DNA of 64,000 bases, taken from positions 12,600 through 76,599 of the forward strand of contig CAVRZH010000112.1 in the NCBI GenBank assembly GCA_963725455.1. The letters are read 5' to 3'. The notes below the pieces were generated by a model. The model ran no database searches, had not been told where the DNA came from, and saw nothing but the letters and a program-made list of their open reading frames with translations. Position numbers and translations under genes: made by a program. This stretch comes from Bryobacterales bacterium. GTDB taxonomy: Bacteria > Acidobacteriota > Terriglobia > Bryobacterales > Bryobacteraceae. Numbering within the stretch: position 1 is the first letter of the stretch; each line of letters starts with the position of its first letter. This document shows positions 1-8,132 of this stretch, piece after piece.

Positions 1-402
1 GGTTTGATCCACGACATCGGCCGCCTGGCTTTCGCCATCATGCCGGTTGCGTTCCAGGAGCGTTTCCAGCGCCTCACTGACGGCGGTTGTCCTCCAGTGG
101 AAGTTGAAATGTGCCTATCTGGCCGCTGCCATGGCGAAGTGGGCGCCGAAACGCTGGCGCAATGGAAGTTTCCGGCGGAAGTCATTGAGGCGGTGCGCTG
201 GCACCATCGCCCCGAGCGCTCCACGCTTCCGCTCAGTTCGCTGCTCTATCTGGCCGAGTTCATTACCGAATCCCAGGAAGACCTTCCCTCCTATGTCCGC
301 CTCAACACCGCAACGCGCCTGGCTGGTGTCTCCATGGCTTCGATGACCGAGATTCGCCAGAAGGCCGCCGGGTCCCTCGAAAGCTTACGTTTCGCGGCTT
401 GA
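1..402 (+). CDS. HDOD-domain signalling protein, C-terminal part (5' end outside the window)
   Basis: Frame is open from the window edge to the stop at 400-402. The translation contains HDIGRLAF and VRWHHRPE, typical of the HD-related HDOD domain. Confidence 0.55.
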   Translation, partial: GLIHDIGRLAFAIMPVAFQERFQRLTDGGCPPVEVEMCLSGRCHGEVGAETLAQWKFPAEVIEAVRWHHRPERSTLPLSSLLYLAEFITESQEDLPSYVRLNTATRLAGVSMASMTEIRQKAAGSLESLRFAA

Positions 403-444
403 CCCAGCAGGTTTTGCGGACGGATTGCGAGCGAATGCGATTTC

Positions 445-468
445 GTCCGCGAAACGGTCCGCGAAACG
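445..468. repeat. Perfect tandem duplication of the 12-mer GTCCGCGAAACG
   Basis: Read directly: 445-456 and 457-468 are identical. It lies in the 95-nt spacer between the HDOD gene stop and the GTG start at 498. Confidence 0.9.
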
Positions 469-497
469 GGCTGGCGGTCTGCAATAATAATTGTTAA

Positions 498-2072
498 GTG
501 GCTGACGAGCGCAATGCGTTGTACGATCTGATCCGGCGTGGCCGGCGACGTCAAGTCTGGCATCTGCTCATCCACGCTGCGTCGTTTGCCGCGGTGGTCG
601 GAATAGGCGGCGCCATTTTACTGCTGATCGTCGGCGCGCAAATCCTCAACTGGTATTGGCTGGTGGTGCTCTTCGTCGGAAGCCTCGCGGCCAGTGCGTT
701 TCGTTCGCGCGCCAAGCTGCTTTCCGCTTACCAGGTGGCGCAGTCTATCGATCGGCACCTCGATCTCAAAGATGCGCTCTCGACTGCGTATTACTTCAGC
801 CAGTATCCGGACCGGGCCACCTCGGCCGAGTTCGTCGCCGAGCAGCGTAGCGTCGCGGAAGGCGTAGCGCGATCGGCTGACCTGGAGCGCGGCGTGCCGT
901 TCCTGATGCCGCGAACGGCCTATGTGAATTTGGCCCTGGTGGCCGTTGCGTTCGGCATGTTTGGATTGCGCTATGGAATCCATAGCAGCCTGGATCTCGG
1001 CTCGCCCTTGGTACACATCAATTTCGACGGGCTGTTTGGAACCACGCCGCAAGTAGCCAAGGCGAGGGCTGGCCGCCGCCCCGCCGATGCCGATGCCCAT
1101 CGCGAGCCTGGCGCGCCAGCGGACGCGTTGGAAGCCAAGAACGAGCTGGAACCATCCACCGAGACAACGCAGCAATCGATAGACAAATCCGATCCGAAAA
1201 ACGCCGCCACGTCTCCGGACGGCGCTGCCAAAGCCGACGCGAAAAGCAACGACCAGTTACCGCCGGAAGGCAATCCGCTCGACTCCGGAGACAAGAACGA
1301 TTCTTCGAAGCCGAGCGACGCGAACGCGAATTCTTCGCCGGGCGCCGATTCGAAATCGGGCCAGCAGAATCCGTCGAAGGATGCCGCTAAGGATTCCAAA
1401 GACGCCAGCCAGTCCGGAAGCTCCGGGGATAACTCCAACCTCGCCAGCAAGCTGCGCGACGCGCTGTCGAATCTACTGGCGAAGATGAAGCCGCAGCAGT
1501 CCAAACCAGGCGGCGGGAAGCCGAACGAGTCCTCGCAGTCGGCGAAATCGCAATCTTCCCAGCAGGGCGAAAAGCAGGAAGGCGCTCAGAAATCGCCCGG
1601 CCAGGAGCAAGCCGACGCCAGCGCGAATTCGCAATCGGAAGGTGACCAGCAGCAGGGCGGCACCGAACAGGCGTCGCAAGGCAAGAGCGAAGGACGCAGC
1701 AACAATCAACCCAACTCGCCGGATGGCAAGAGCGGCATCGGCAAACAGGATGGCGACAAGGCTGCTCGCGAAGCGGCCGAACTGGCCGCCATGGGCAAGC
1801 TCAGCGAGATTATCGGCAAGCGTGCGGCCAACATCCAGGGCGAAGTGATGGTGGAAGTCTCGTCCGGCAAGCAGCAGTTGAAGACCCAATATTCCGAGCA
1901 GAACGCCGCGCATGTGGAGGCGGGCGGGGAGATCAACCGCGACGAAGTCCCGCTGGCGTACCAGCAGTACGTGCAGCAGTATTTCGCCCAGGTACGCAAG
2001 CTGCCGGCGGGGAAGAGCAAAGCCGCGATCCCCGACGGGAAGACTAAGACGACGCCGTCCAGCCTGCCCTAG
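498..2072 (+). CDS. Hypothetical membrane protein with a long low-complexity linker
   Basis: 524-aa ORF with a GTG start. Two N-terminal hydrophobic segments (LLIHAASFAAVVGIGGAILLLIV, YWLVVLFVGSLAASAF), then a folded-looking region, about 250 aa rich in S/K/D/Q/G/N, and a conserved-looking C-terminus (EVPLAYQQYVQQYFAQVRK). Confidence 0.6.
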   Translation: MADERNALYDLIRRGRRRQVWHLLIHAASFAAVVGIGGAILLLIVGAQILNWYWLVVLFVGSLAASAFRSRAKLLSAYQVAQSIDRHLDLKDALSTAYYFSQYPDRATSAEFVAEQRSVAEGVARSADLERGVPFLMPRTAYVNLALVAVAFGMFGLRYGIHSSLDLGSPLVHINFDGLFGTTPQVAKARAGRRPADADAHREPGAPADALEAKNELEPSTETTQQSIDKSDPKNAATSPDGAAKADAKSNDQLPPEGNPLDSGDKNDSSKPSDANANSSPGADSKSGQQNPSKDAAKDSKDASQSGSSGDNSNLASKLRDALSNLLAKMKPQQSKPGGGKPNESSQSAKSQSSQQGEKQEGAQKSPGQEQADASANSQSEGDQQQGGTEQASQGKSEGRSNNQPNSPDGKSGIGKQDGDKAAREAAELAAMGKLSEIIGKRAANIQGEVMVEVSSGKQQLKTQYSEQNAAHVEAGGEINRDEVPLAYQQYVQQYFAQVRKLPAGKSKAAIPDGKTKTTPSSLP

Positions 2073-2145
2073 AGAGCCGAGCTTTTCTGGCGTAAGCACG
2101 TGCATTCGACTATAATCATTCTCCATTAAGACATTGGAGCGTGCG

Positions 2146-3144
2146 ATGAGATTAGTTTACTTAGGCTTTGTGTTTTCGCTGATTACACTTCAGAGTCAAG
2201 GGCAGGCCCAGAGCGAACCGGGCTCTCTTTTCATCTCCCTGAAAGATAAATCCTGGGCGCTCCAGATCGTCGCGCCTGGATTCGTCGTCACCCAAAACGT
2301 TACCAAGGCCGATGGGCGCCAATATCTGCTGGCCACCAACGACTCTTCTGGATACACACTGTCGGTGACACTCGAAAAAGTTTCCGGGGAGGCGGAGCTC
2401 GACGGGTGCCGGGAAAACTTTCGAGCGCGCACCAAGCCCGGAGGTCCATTCGAGCTGGCTGATATTAATCAATCGGAACTGGCTTCGATGCCGATTTTGG
2501 AATATATGATTCCTGAAGCGAATAAGGTCCCGGTGCGGCAAAAGAATATCTTCGGGTGCCTCGTGAAGGAAGACGTTTATGCCGACATCCACCTATCCAA
2601 GGCGGCGTTTCAAGAAGCGGATGAGCCACGTCTGAAGGCCATCCTGAGTTCCGCCCGGTTTCAGGACATCTCCGACGCCCAGAGTGCCAACTCCCGACCG
2701 GCCAGCAGCGCCGCATTGTTCGCTGAAGGCAGCCGTCACTTCCTGTTAAACGAATTCGATAAGGCGATTGGACCATATCAAAAAGCTCTCGATCGAGAAA
2801 GGACAACCCCGACACTCGATGCTTCGAATTGGCGCGTGCTGGTAGACAATCTAGCTATGTCGTACGGTATTACGGGCAACCTAACAGCGGCCGGCGAGGT
2901 ATTGAACTATGGCTTATCAAAGGATCCGGAGTATCCGATGTTTTACTTTATTCTGGGGGACGTGGCCGCCGAACGTGGCGATTTCGACAACACAATGAGG
3001 TATCTCCGGCGAGCCTTGAAGTTCCGCGCCAACTTGATTCCCGGAGAGAAATTGCCAGACCCTATGACCGACGATTCATTTAAAGCGTTTCGGAAAAACG
3101 ACGAGTTCAAGAAACTCGCGGCCGAGTTCGTGGCTTCGCCGTGA
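2146..3144 (+). CDS. Secreted hypothetical protein with a TPR-like C-terminal region
   Basis: The track ORF 2134-3144 starts at TTG. I prefer the in-frame ATG at 2146, which has GGAG 6 nt upstream. The N-terminus MRLVYLGFVFSLITLQSQGQAQS looks like a signal peptide, and the C-terminal third has TPR-like helical repeats (AIGPYQKALD, GDFDNTMRYLRRALKF). Confidence 0.65.
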   Translation: MRLVYLGFVFSLITLQSQGQAQSEPGSLFISLKDKSWALQIVAPGFVVTQNVTKADGRQYLLATNDSSGYTLSVTLEKVSGEAELDGCRENFRARTKPGGPFELADINQSELASMPILEYMIPEANKVPVRQKNIFGCLVKEDVYADIHLSKAAFQEADEPRLKAILSSARFQDISDAQSANSRPASSAALFAEGSRHFLLNEFDKAIGPYQKALDRERTTPTLDASNWRVLVDNLAMSYGITGNLTAAGEVLNYGLSKDPEYPMFYFILGDVAAERGDFDNTMRYLRRALKFRANLIPGEKLPDPMTDDSFKAFRKNDEFKKLAAEFVASP

Positions 3145-3387
3145 CAAGCCTGAGCCCGTTTATTCGCTATTAATGACTGATCCCATGTCTCGCGCTATGC
3201 GTGCTGCGGGTCCGGGCTTAAGGTTTTACTGCCGTACACTGGTGTCGAAAGGACCTTGCGCTCGGCTGGTTTGGAACAGATATGATGGCTTCCATTGATC
3301 CGCCGAAGCGACTAGCCATTTTTCTCGATGAGCCGGCACATTGTCTAAAATCCGGACATTGGGCATCACGCTCTTGCCCTTGCTCCC

Positions 3388-3567
3388 TTAGTGCTTCGTG
3401 CAGGCCAGCGATGGCTTCCCGATATTATCCTTCAGCTCGCCGATGGTTTGGCCCTGCGAACAGCAGCCTGGCAGCGCTGGGACCGCGCCCCAAAAGCAGC
3501 CCTCGGGATCTTCGTGGATGACGACCTGCGATGGGTCGAAGCCTTTCGCGACGGTACGAATCCGTAA
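3388..3567 (-). pseudogene. HicB/UPF0150-like antitoxin remnant (no canonical start, apparent 1-nt frameshift)
   Basis: My minus-strand translation immediately downstream of the PPIase stop gives GFDPSQVVIHEDPEGCFWGAVPALPGCCSQGQTIGELKDNI, then GKPSLACTKH and a stop. The HicB signature (PALPGCxSQGxTxxExxxNIxEAI) continues as (R)EAIAGLHEALREQGQ only in the -1 frame. I saw no ATG, GTG or TTG in the open part of the frame. Confidence 0.45.
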
Positions 3568-4593
3568 CTACTTGCCGTCTCTGCTCTGCGTCACCGCTTG
3601 CGCCAGATAGTTCACCACCGTCGCTTCGTCGCGCGCTACTTCGTAGTACGCGGCGCGGAGCAGCTGGTCCTTGCGATTGATCAGGGTCTCGCGAATATTT
3701 TGCTGCACCCGCGGATCGGTGAGCTCGCGCTGGCCGGCCGGCTCCTTGGAGTAAATCTTGAAGATGCGATAGCCTTCGGCCGTCTTCACCACCGGCGTTA
3801 CCTGGCCCGCGGGAGCCGTTTGAATTGCCGCGCGAATTTCCGGGTTGGCTTTCTCCAGCGCCGATGCCGGCACGAATCCCAGGTCCCCGCCATTTGGCGC
3901 CGTGGTGGGGTCCTCGGAAAAATTCTGCGCCAGCGTCACGAAATCCTCGCCTTGCTTGAGCCGCGCCACCAGCATGTCCATCTTTTTGCGCGCCTGTTCG
4001 TCGTTCTGCGCCTTATCGTTCTTCAGATTCCGCACGTTCGGGTCCGGCATCGGAGACACCAGGATCTGCGCCAGGTGCACCTGCGGCTCCGGGAAATTGA
4101 AGCTGGTTTTGTTGGCGTTGTAAAAGTCCGTGACGTCTTTGTCGGAAATCGAAATGTGCGACGTGATCTCTTTATTGAAGAGCTTGGTGATGCTCAAGTC
4201 CCGCTTGAGCTGAGCTTTCATGTCGTCCACGGTCATCTTGCGCGCGTCCAGCTGCTTCTGAAATTCTTCCTGGGTGTACGGCGCTTTCAACTCCGCGAAC
4301 CTGGACTCCACGTCCGCATCGGTGGCCATCAGGCCCAGCTTCTCGGCGCGCTGCAGCATGATTTCGTTGTCCACCAGCGTTCGCAGCACTTCCAGCTTTT
4401 GAATCTCCATCTGATCGACGCTGGGTTTTTCAGCCGACGACATGAACTGTGCTTGATACTGCTTGTCCAGGTCCGCATAGGTGATGATGCGGCCGTTCAC
4501 CGTGGCTGCCACGTTGTCGGACACGGCGCGCTTGCATCCGCAGGCGCATACGACCAGCAGAATGCTGCTGAGTGCGGGGAAAATACGGGACAT
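3568..4593 (-). CDS. SurA-like peptidyl-prolyl cis-trans isomerase lipoprotein (SurA N-terminal domain + PpiC rotamase)
   Basis: 341 aa with a lipobox-like N-terminus (LLVVCACGC), a chaperone-like helical region, and a parvulin motif region (FSEDPTTAPNGGDLGFVPASAL). Confidence 0.85.
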   Translation of the reverse strand: MSRIFPALSSILLVVCACGCKRAVSDNVAATVNGRIITYADLDKQYQAQFMSSAEKPSVDQMEIQKLEVLRTLVDNEIMLQRAEKLGLMATDADVESRFAELKAPYTQEEFQKQLDARKMTVDDMKAQLKRDLSITKLFNKEITSHISISDKDVTDFYNANKTSFNFPEPQVHLAQILVSPMPDPNVRNLKNDKAQNDEQARKKMDMLVARLKQGEDFVTLAQNFSEDPTTAPNGGDLGFVPASALEKANPEIRAAIQTAPAGQVTPVVKTAEGYRIFKIYSKEPAGQRELTDPRVQQNIRETLINRKDQLLRAAYYEVARDEATVVNYLAQAVTQSRDGK

Positions 4594-4654
4594 TCGGTAG
4601 ATGAAACCATTCTACAGTCTTGGCGCTCGGAAGCGCACTGCTACAATCGCGCGC

Positions 4655-5437
4655 ATGAGCCGCGTGATGAGCCGTTTTGCCGCGGGGGCGATCGCCGTTG
4701 TCGCTCTTGTCTTTGCCGCTGGCCCGCCCGCCAACGATTTCCGCTTCACCATTCTGGGCGACCGCACTGGCGATGCACAGTCTGGAGTCTACGAACGCGC
4801 CTGGAACGAGATTGACGCCCTGCATCCCGATTTCGTCATCAATGTCGGCGACACCATCCAAGGCGGCAACGATGCAACCGCGGGGTCAGAGTGGCGCGCG
4901 CTCCGACCGCTGTGGGACCGCTATCGTTATCCGATTTACTTCACGCCCGGCAATCACGACATCTGGTCCCCCGCTTCCCGCGCCATCTACGAACAACAAA
5001 CCACGCGTCCGGCGTTTTATGGCTTCAACTATCAGAACGCGCACTTCACCGTGCTGGACAACAGCGAGGCCCCGGATTTGAGCGATCTAAGCGACCAGCA
5101 AATGCAATTTCTAGCCCGGGATCTGGCCCAAAATCGCGATCGCAACCCCAAGTTCGTCTTCTTCCACAAACCTTTCTGGCTCATCCCAGTGAAGTTTCAA
5201 AACAGTCACTTTCCTTTTCATCAACTGATCGCCAGAAATGGCGTGCGTTATGTAGTGAGCGGCCATGGGCATCAGTACGTGCACGCCGTGCTGGATGACG
5301 TCACCTATCTGGAAGCGCCCAGTTCAGGAGGCAAGTTGAAAGGGCAAGGCGTCGCGCAAGGCTGGTTTTACGGCCACGTGCTGGTCACCGTGAAGGGCTC
5401 GAAAGTTGAGATGACGGTGAAGGAAGTCGGACGCTAG
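4655..5437 (+). CDS. Secreted calcineurin-like metallophosphoesterase
   Basis: Motifs GDRTGD, GDTIQGGND, GNHD and SGHGHQY. The track ORF starts at 4601, but the ATG at 4655 gives a signal-peptide-like N-terminus (MSRVMSRFAAGAIAVVALVFAAG) and leaves room for a divergent promoter. The start is uncertain. Confidence 0.8.
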   Translation: MSRVMSRFAAGAIAVVALVFAAGPPANDFRFTILGDRTGDAQSGVYERAWNEIDALHPDFVINVGDTIQGGNDATAGSEWRALRPLWDRYRYPIYFTPGNHDIWSPASRAIYEQQTTRPAFYGFNYQNAHFTVLDNSEAPDLSDLSDQQMQFLARDLAQNRDRNPKFVFFHKPFWLIPVKFQNSHFPFHQLIARNGVRYVVSGHGHQYVHAVLDDVTYLEAPSSGGKLKGQGVAQGWFYGHVLVTVKGSKVEMTVKEVGR

Positions 5438-5439
5438 GG

Positions 5440-6231
5440 CTATTTCTTTATGGGCGCTGGCGGTGGCGGAGGCGGCGGCAGGGGCACAGCGTCGACGTAC
5501 CCACGCTCTCCGTCCGAACGAATGGGCCCTGGACCAAATCCCAAGTGGTCGCGATCCACGGGATTTTCAGCGCACGAATATTCCGCGAGCCGCTGACCCG
5601 GATCGCCCGCTTCCCACGTCCGCGAATAGGTGAAGGTCTTGGTGTAAAACTTCGGATCTTCGATGGTGGTGTCCACGTGGATATGCTTCGCGTCCGGCCG
5701 GGTCCAGCGCTCGATCACGTGCAGGGCGTCGCTGTGCGGACTGCCGTTTTCATCGGCCCACACCTGGGTATCTTTGAACCCAACCGAATCGATCACGAAC
5801 GCATCGCCATCCCAATGGCCCACTTCGTCGCCAAAGAACGAGGGGTCCGGATCGTCGGGATGCTTGCGCCCGTCGGTAGGGATCAGCCGGTAGTAACTGT
5901 AGAAGTAAAGGAACGCAACGAAATTGGGAGTCTGCATCACCATAAACGGCAATCCGCTCGCGTTGTGGCGCGGGATTCCGCCGAGAATGCACAAGGCCTC
6001 GGGATCCACGGTGGCGGTGGTGTTGTGTTTCCAGGCAGCTTCGCCGGCCGGCGTGAGGGGCAATTTATGTCCGGGAAGATCCTTGGCAATATTCCCGCCG
6101 GGTTTGGTGTCCTTCATGCCCTTCCAGAACCCATTCAGGTCCGGGTGCCCATCGGCGGTGCGCGGCGCCTGAGCCGCAACCGGCGCGCAAGCCATCGCCA
6201 AGATCGCGCAAACAGCCGCCAGGAATCGCAT
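5440..6231 (-). CDS. Secreted protein, unnamed family (paralog P1; PDLxGxW, GHWxGDxxV.D and LHV.ER.TR blocks), polyproline C-terminal tail
   Basis: Signal peptide MRFLAAVCAILAMACAPVAAQA from the internal ATG at 6231 (the track ORF extends to 6270). Blocks DGHPDLNGFWKG, GHWDGDAFVIDSVGF, HSDALHVIERWTRP and YSCAEN are shared with ORFs at 8133, 54115 and 55248. The protein ends PLPPPPPPPAPIKK. Confidence 0.75.
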   Translation of the reverse strand: MRFLAAVCAILAMACAPVAAQAPRTADGHPDLNGFWKGMKDTKPGGNIAKDLPGHKLPLTPAGEAAWKHNTTATVDPEALCILGGIPRHNASGLPFMVMQTPNFVAFLYFYSYYRLIPTDGRKHPDDPDPSFFGDEVGHWDGDAFVIDSVGFKDTQVWADENGSPHSDALHVIERWTRPDAKHIHVDTTIEDPKFYTKTFTYSRTWEAGDPGQRLAEYSCAENPVDRDHLGFGPGPIRSDGERGYVDAVPLPPPPPPPAPIKK

Positions 6232-6287
6232 CTCGATGCTAGAGTATATGATGTGATCGACCTTCGTCAATGAAACGGAGACAGCTC

Positions 6288-6704
6288 ATGCGGACCAAAT
6301 TCGCAGCCCTCGTTGCTTTCGCGCTCTCGGCAACCGTTTTGCCGATGGAAGCGCACCATTCTTTCGCGGCCGAATACGACGCCAGCAAAGCCGTCCGCAT
6401 CACCGGCTTGATTAGCAAAGTGGAATGGACCAATCCGCATTCGTATCTATATATAGATGTGAAGGACGATCAGGGCAACTTCGTCACCTGGACCTGCGAG
6501 GGCGGGGCTCCGAACGCTTTATCGCGGCGCGGCTTTCGCAAAAATGACATCAAGCTCGGCGACACCGTCACTATCGACGGCTATGGAGCCAAGGACGGTT
6601 CGCACTTGATGGATGCGCGGCGCATCACGCTGACCGATGGACGAAGCTTTTATAGCGGTTCGCCGGGCGACGGCGGTCCTGGTGATCCAGGAAAAGGTCA
6701 GTAG
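6288..6704 (+). CDS. DUF6152 family periplasmic protein
   Basis: A signal peptide is followed by HHSFAAEYD...ITGLISKVEWTNPHSYLYIDV, the pattern I associate with DUF6152. The ATG at 6288 has GGAGA about 7 nt upstream (the track ORF starts at 6270). Confidence 0.8.
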   Translation: MRTKFAALVAFALSATVLPMEAHHSFAAEYDASKAVRITGLISKVEWTNPHSYLYIDVKDDQGNFVTWTCEGGAPNALSRRGFRKNDIKLGDTVTIDGYGAKDGSHLMDARRITLTDGRSFYSGSPGDGGPGDPGKGQ

Positions 6705-6707
6705 GCA

Positions 6708-7988
6708 CTACGCTACTCCGGCCCGCGCGATGGTTGTGCGACGGCCAATCTGCGTACCGAACACTTTTCGCAGCAGCGGTCTGAAACGAGGATCTTTCCG
6801 CAGCCCTTCGCCGCGCGGGTCTACATTGAGCTGGAATAAGGTGGCGGAATTCTCCCGCCGTGCCCGCTCCAGTTCGGCGAACGCCTGATCCCGTTTGCCT
6901 AGAGCATCCATCAGCAGAGCCACGTAATAGGCGTCCACGTATTCCCGCTCTCGCAGCTTCTGCAACTCATCCAACGCGGCTAGCGCACGGTCCCGTCGTC
7001 CGTTCCTGGCAAGTGAAGCGCCTTCGAGCGCCCGCAGCCACGGCAGATCCGGCGACATCACACAGGCCAGGCGCATTTCGGCGAGCGCTTCGTCCACGCG
7101 TCCGGTGCGTTCCAGGGCTTCGGCATAGTGGGCGCGTCCCACGTGCTGATAAGGATGCAGATCAATGGAGCTTTTTCCGCACACCACGGCTTCGTCAAAC
7201 TCGTGCCTGCACATCCGGATAAACGTCTCCACCGACAGCAGTACCGGACACAGCGGATCCGCCGCGCGGCCGTCGACAATCATCTCCAGCGCGTCGTCCA
7301 ATTGCCCCTTGGTAGAATACAAAATCGCCAGCCGGACGTAGATGGTTCCTAGTTTGGGTTCCTCGCGCAAAGCGTGCTTTAGTTCGGTTTCCGCTTCGTC
7401 CAGTTTTCGCTCGCAAATGTGCAGCGCGTGGCCCCAGTTCGATCGCAGGGACGCGGTCAAACCTCCCAATGCCACGGCCCGCTTGTGCGCTTCCAAAAAC
7501 TGCGGGTACATTTCGATGGGCGGAAGCATTCCATGGGTGCAAAGCAGCAGATGACAAAGTGATATGCCTTCGAACGCCTGGAAGTCGGTTCCATCCTCCC
7601 GCGCAGCCTGCTCGAAACACGCCTTGGCCTTCTCCAAGCCTTCGCGCGTCCGGCGCTCAAAGATGTGCCATCCCTTACGGATTAGGTTCTCCGCCTTTGG
7701 TACTTCCAGCGCATACCCCAGTTTAGGGCGGCAGCGTATCCACGATCCATACTCCTGCAACACCTTCTTCACTTCCACGATTGTCACTGCAACTGTATTT
7801 GGGGAGACTGATATGCCATTCCACGCTTCGCGGATCATCTGCTCGTGATGCACATACCGGCCACTATTCCGAATCAAGACGTTGAGCGCCCGAAATGCCT
7901 GCGGCCGTAATTCCAGTTCGGAATCGCCCCGCCGTAGCCGACGTCCCGCCATGTCTACCGAGAAGGGTCCAAAGGTTATGTGCTCCAT
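6708..7988 (-). CDS. Winged-helix (OmpR/CadC/SARP-type trans_reg_C) DNA-binding domain fused to TPR repeats; no receiver domain
   Basis: The N-terminus FGPFSVDMAGRRLRRGDSELELRPQAFRALNVLIRNSGRYVHHEQMIREAWNG...VAVTIVEVKKVL is a typical trans_reg_C fold signature. The remaining ~320 aa are TPR-like repeats. I saw no obvious TM segment. Confidence 0.85.
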   Translation of the reverse strand: MEHITFGPFSVDMAGRRLRRGDSELELRPQAFRALNVLIRNSGRYVHHEQMIREAWNGISVSPNTVAVTIVEVKKVLQEYGSWIRCRPKLGYALEVPKAENLIRKGWHIFERRTREGLEKAKACFEQAAREDGTDFQAFEGISLCHLLLCTHGMLPPIEMYPQFLEAHKRAVALGGLTASLRSNWGHALHICERKLDEAETELKHALREEPKLGTIYVRLAILYSTKGQLDDALEMIVDGRAADPLCPVLLSVETFIRMCRHEFDEAVVCGKSSIDLHPYQHVGRAHYAEALERTGRVDEALAEMRLACVMSPDLPWLRALEGASLARNGRRDRALAALDELQKLREREYVDAYYVALLMDALGKRDQAFAELERARRENSATLFQLNVDPRGEGLRKDPRFRPLLRKVFGTQIGRRTTIARAGVA

Positions 7989-8013
7989 AGTTCCCAGCCC
8001 ATCGATTTCATAA

Positions 8014-8097
8014 TTTTTTAACCCTGAGTTGTAGTGAATCTAGCATAGAACCGAGCCAAAGGCTAGACGCCATTTAGACGCTGGGGTGAATAGTAAT
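8014..8097 (+). promoter_or_regulatory. Candidate operator/promoter module A (TTTTTTAAC, ATAGAA-N12-CTAGAC-N5-TTAGAC, then AGTAAT)
   Basis: Located in the divergent region between the regulator (start 7988) and gene 8133. In my hand alignment about 48 of the first 69 positions are identical, without gaps, to 9183-9251. Hexamers start at 8045, 8063 and 8074 (spacing 18 and 11 bp), and a -10-like AGTAAT sits at 8092-8097. Confidence 0.5.
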
Positions 8098-8132
8098 TCT
8101 CTAACGCACGCGTACTTGATGGAGAATAGGAT

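Noticed and set aside
1080-1700. The low-complexity nucleotide region inside gene 498-2072 was checked for CRISPR-like or tandem-repeat structure.
   Set aside because: There is no regular repeat-spacer periodicity. The bias reflects the S/K/D/Q/G-rich coding sequence.
2111-2116. TATAAT box 30 nt upstream of the ATG at 2146.
   Set aside because: I found no acceptable -35 element at 16-18 bp spacing (TTCTGG is 20 nt away). It is plausible as a -10 element but not supportable as a promoter call.
3598-4815. 405-aa plus-strand ORF antisense to the PPIase gene. Similar long antisense ORFs occur at 36929-38671, 47991-49247, 21074-22012, 55263-56351, 31496-32461, 62805-63749, 42221-43531 and 11318-12355.
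   Set aside because: Their translations are Arg/Gly/His/Leu-rich with no recognisable motifs, and each lies opposite a gene with strong family signatures. These are typical shadow ORFs of GC-rich DNA.
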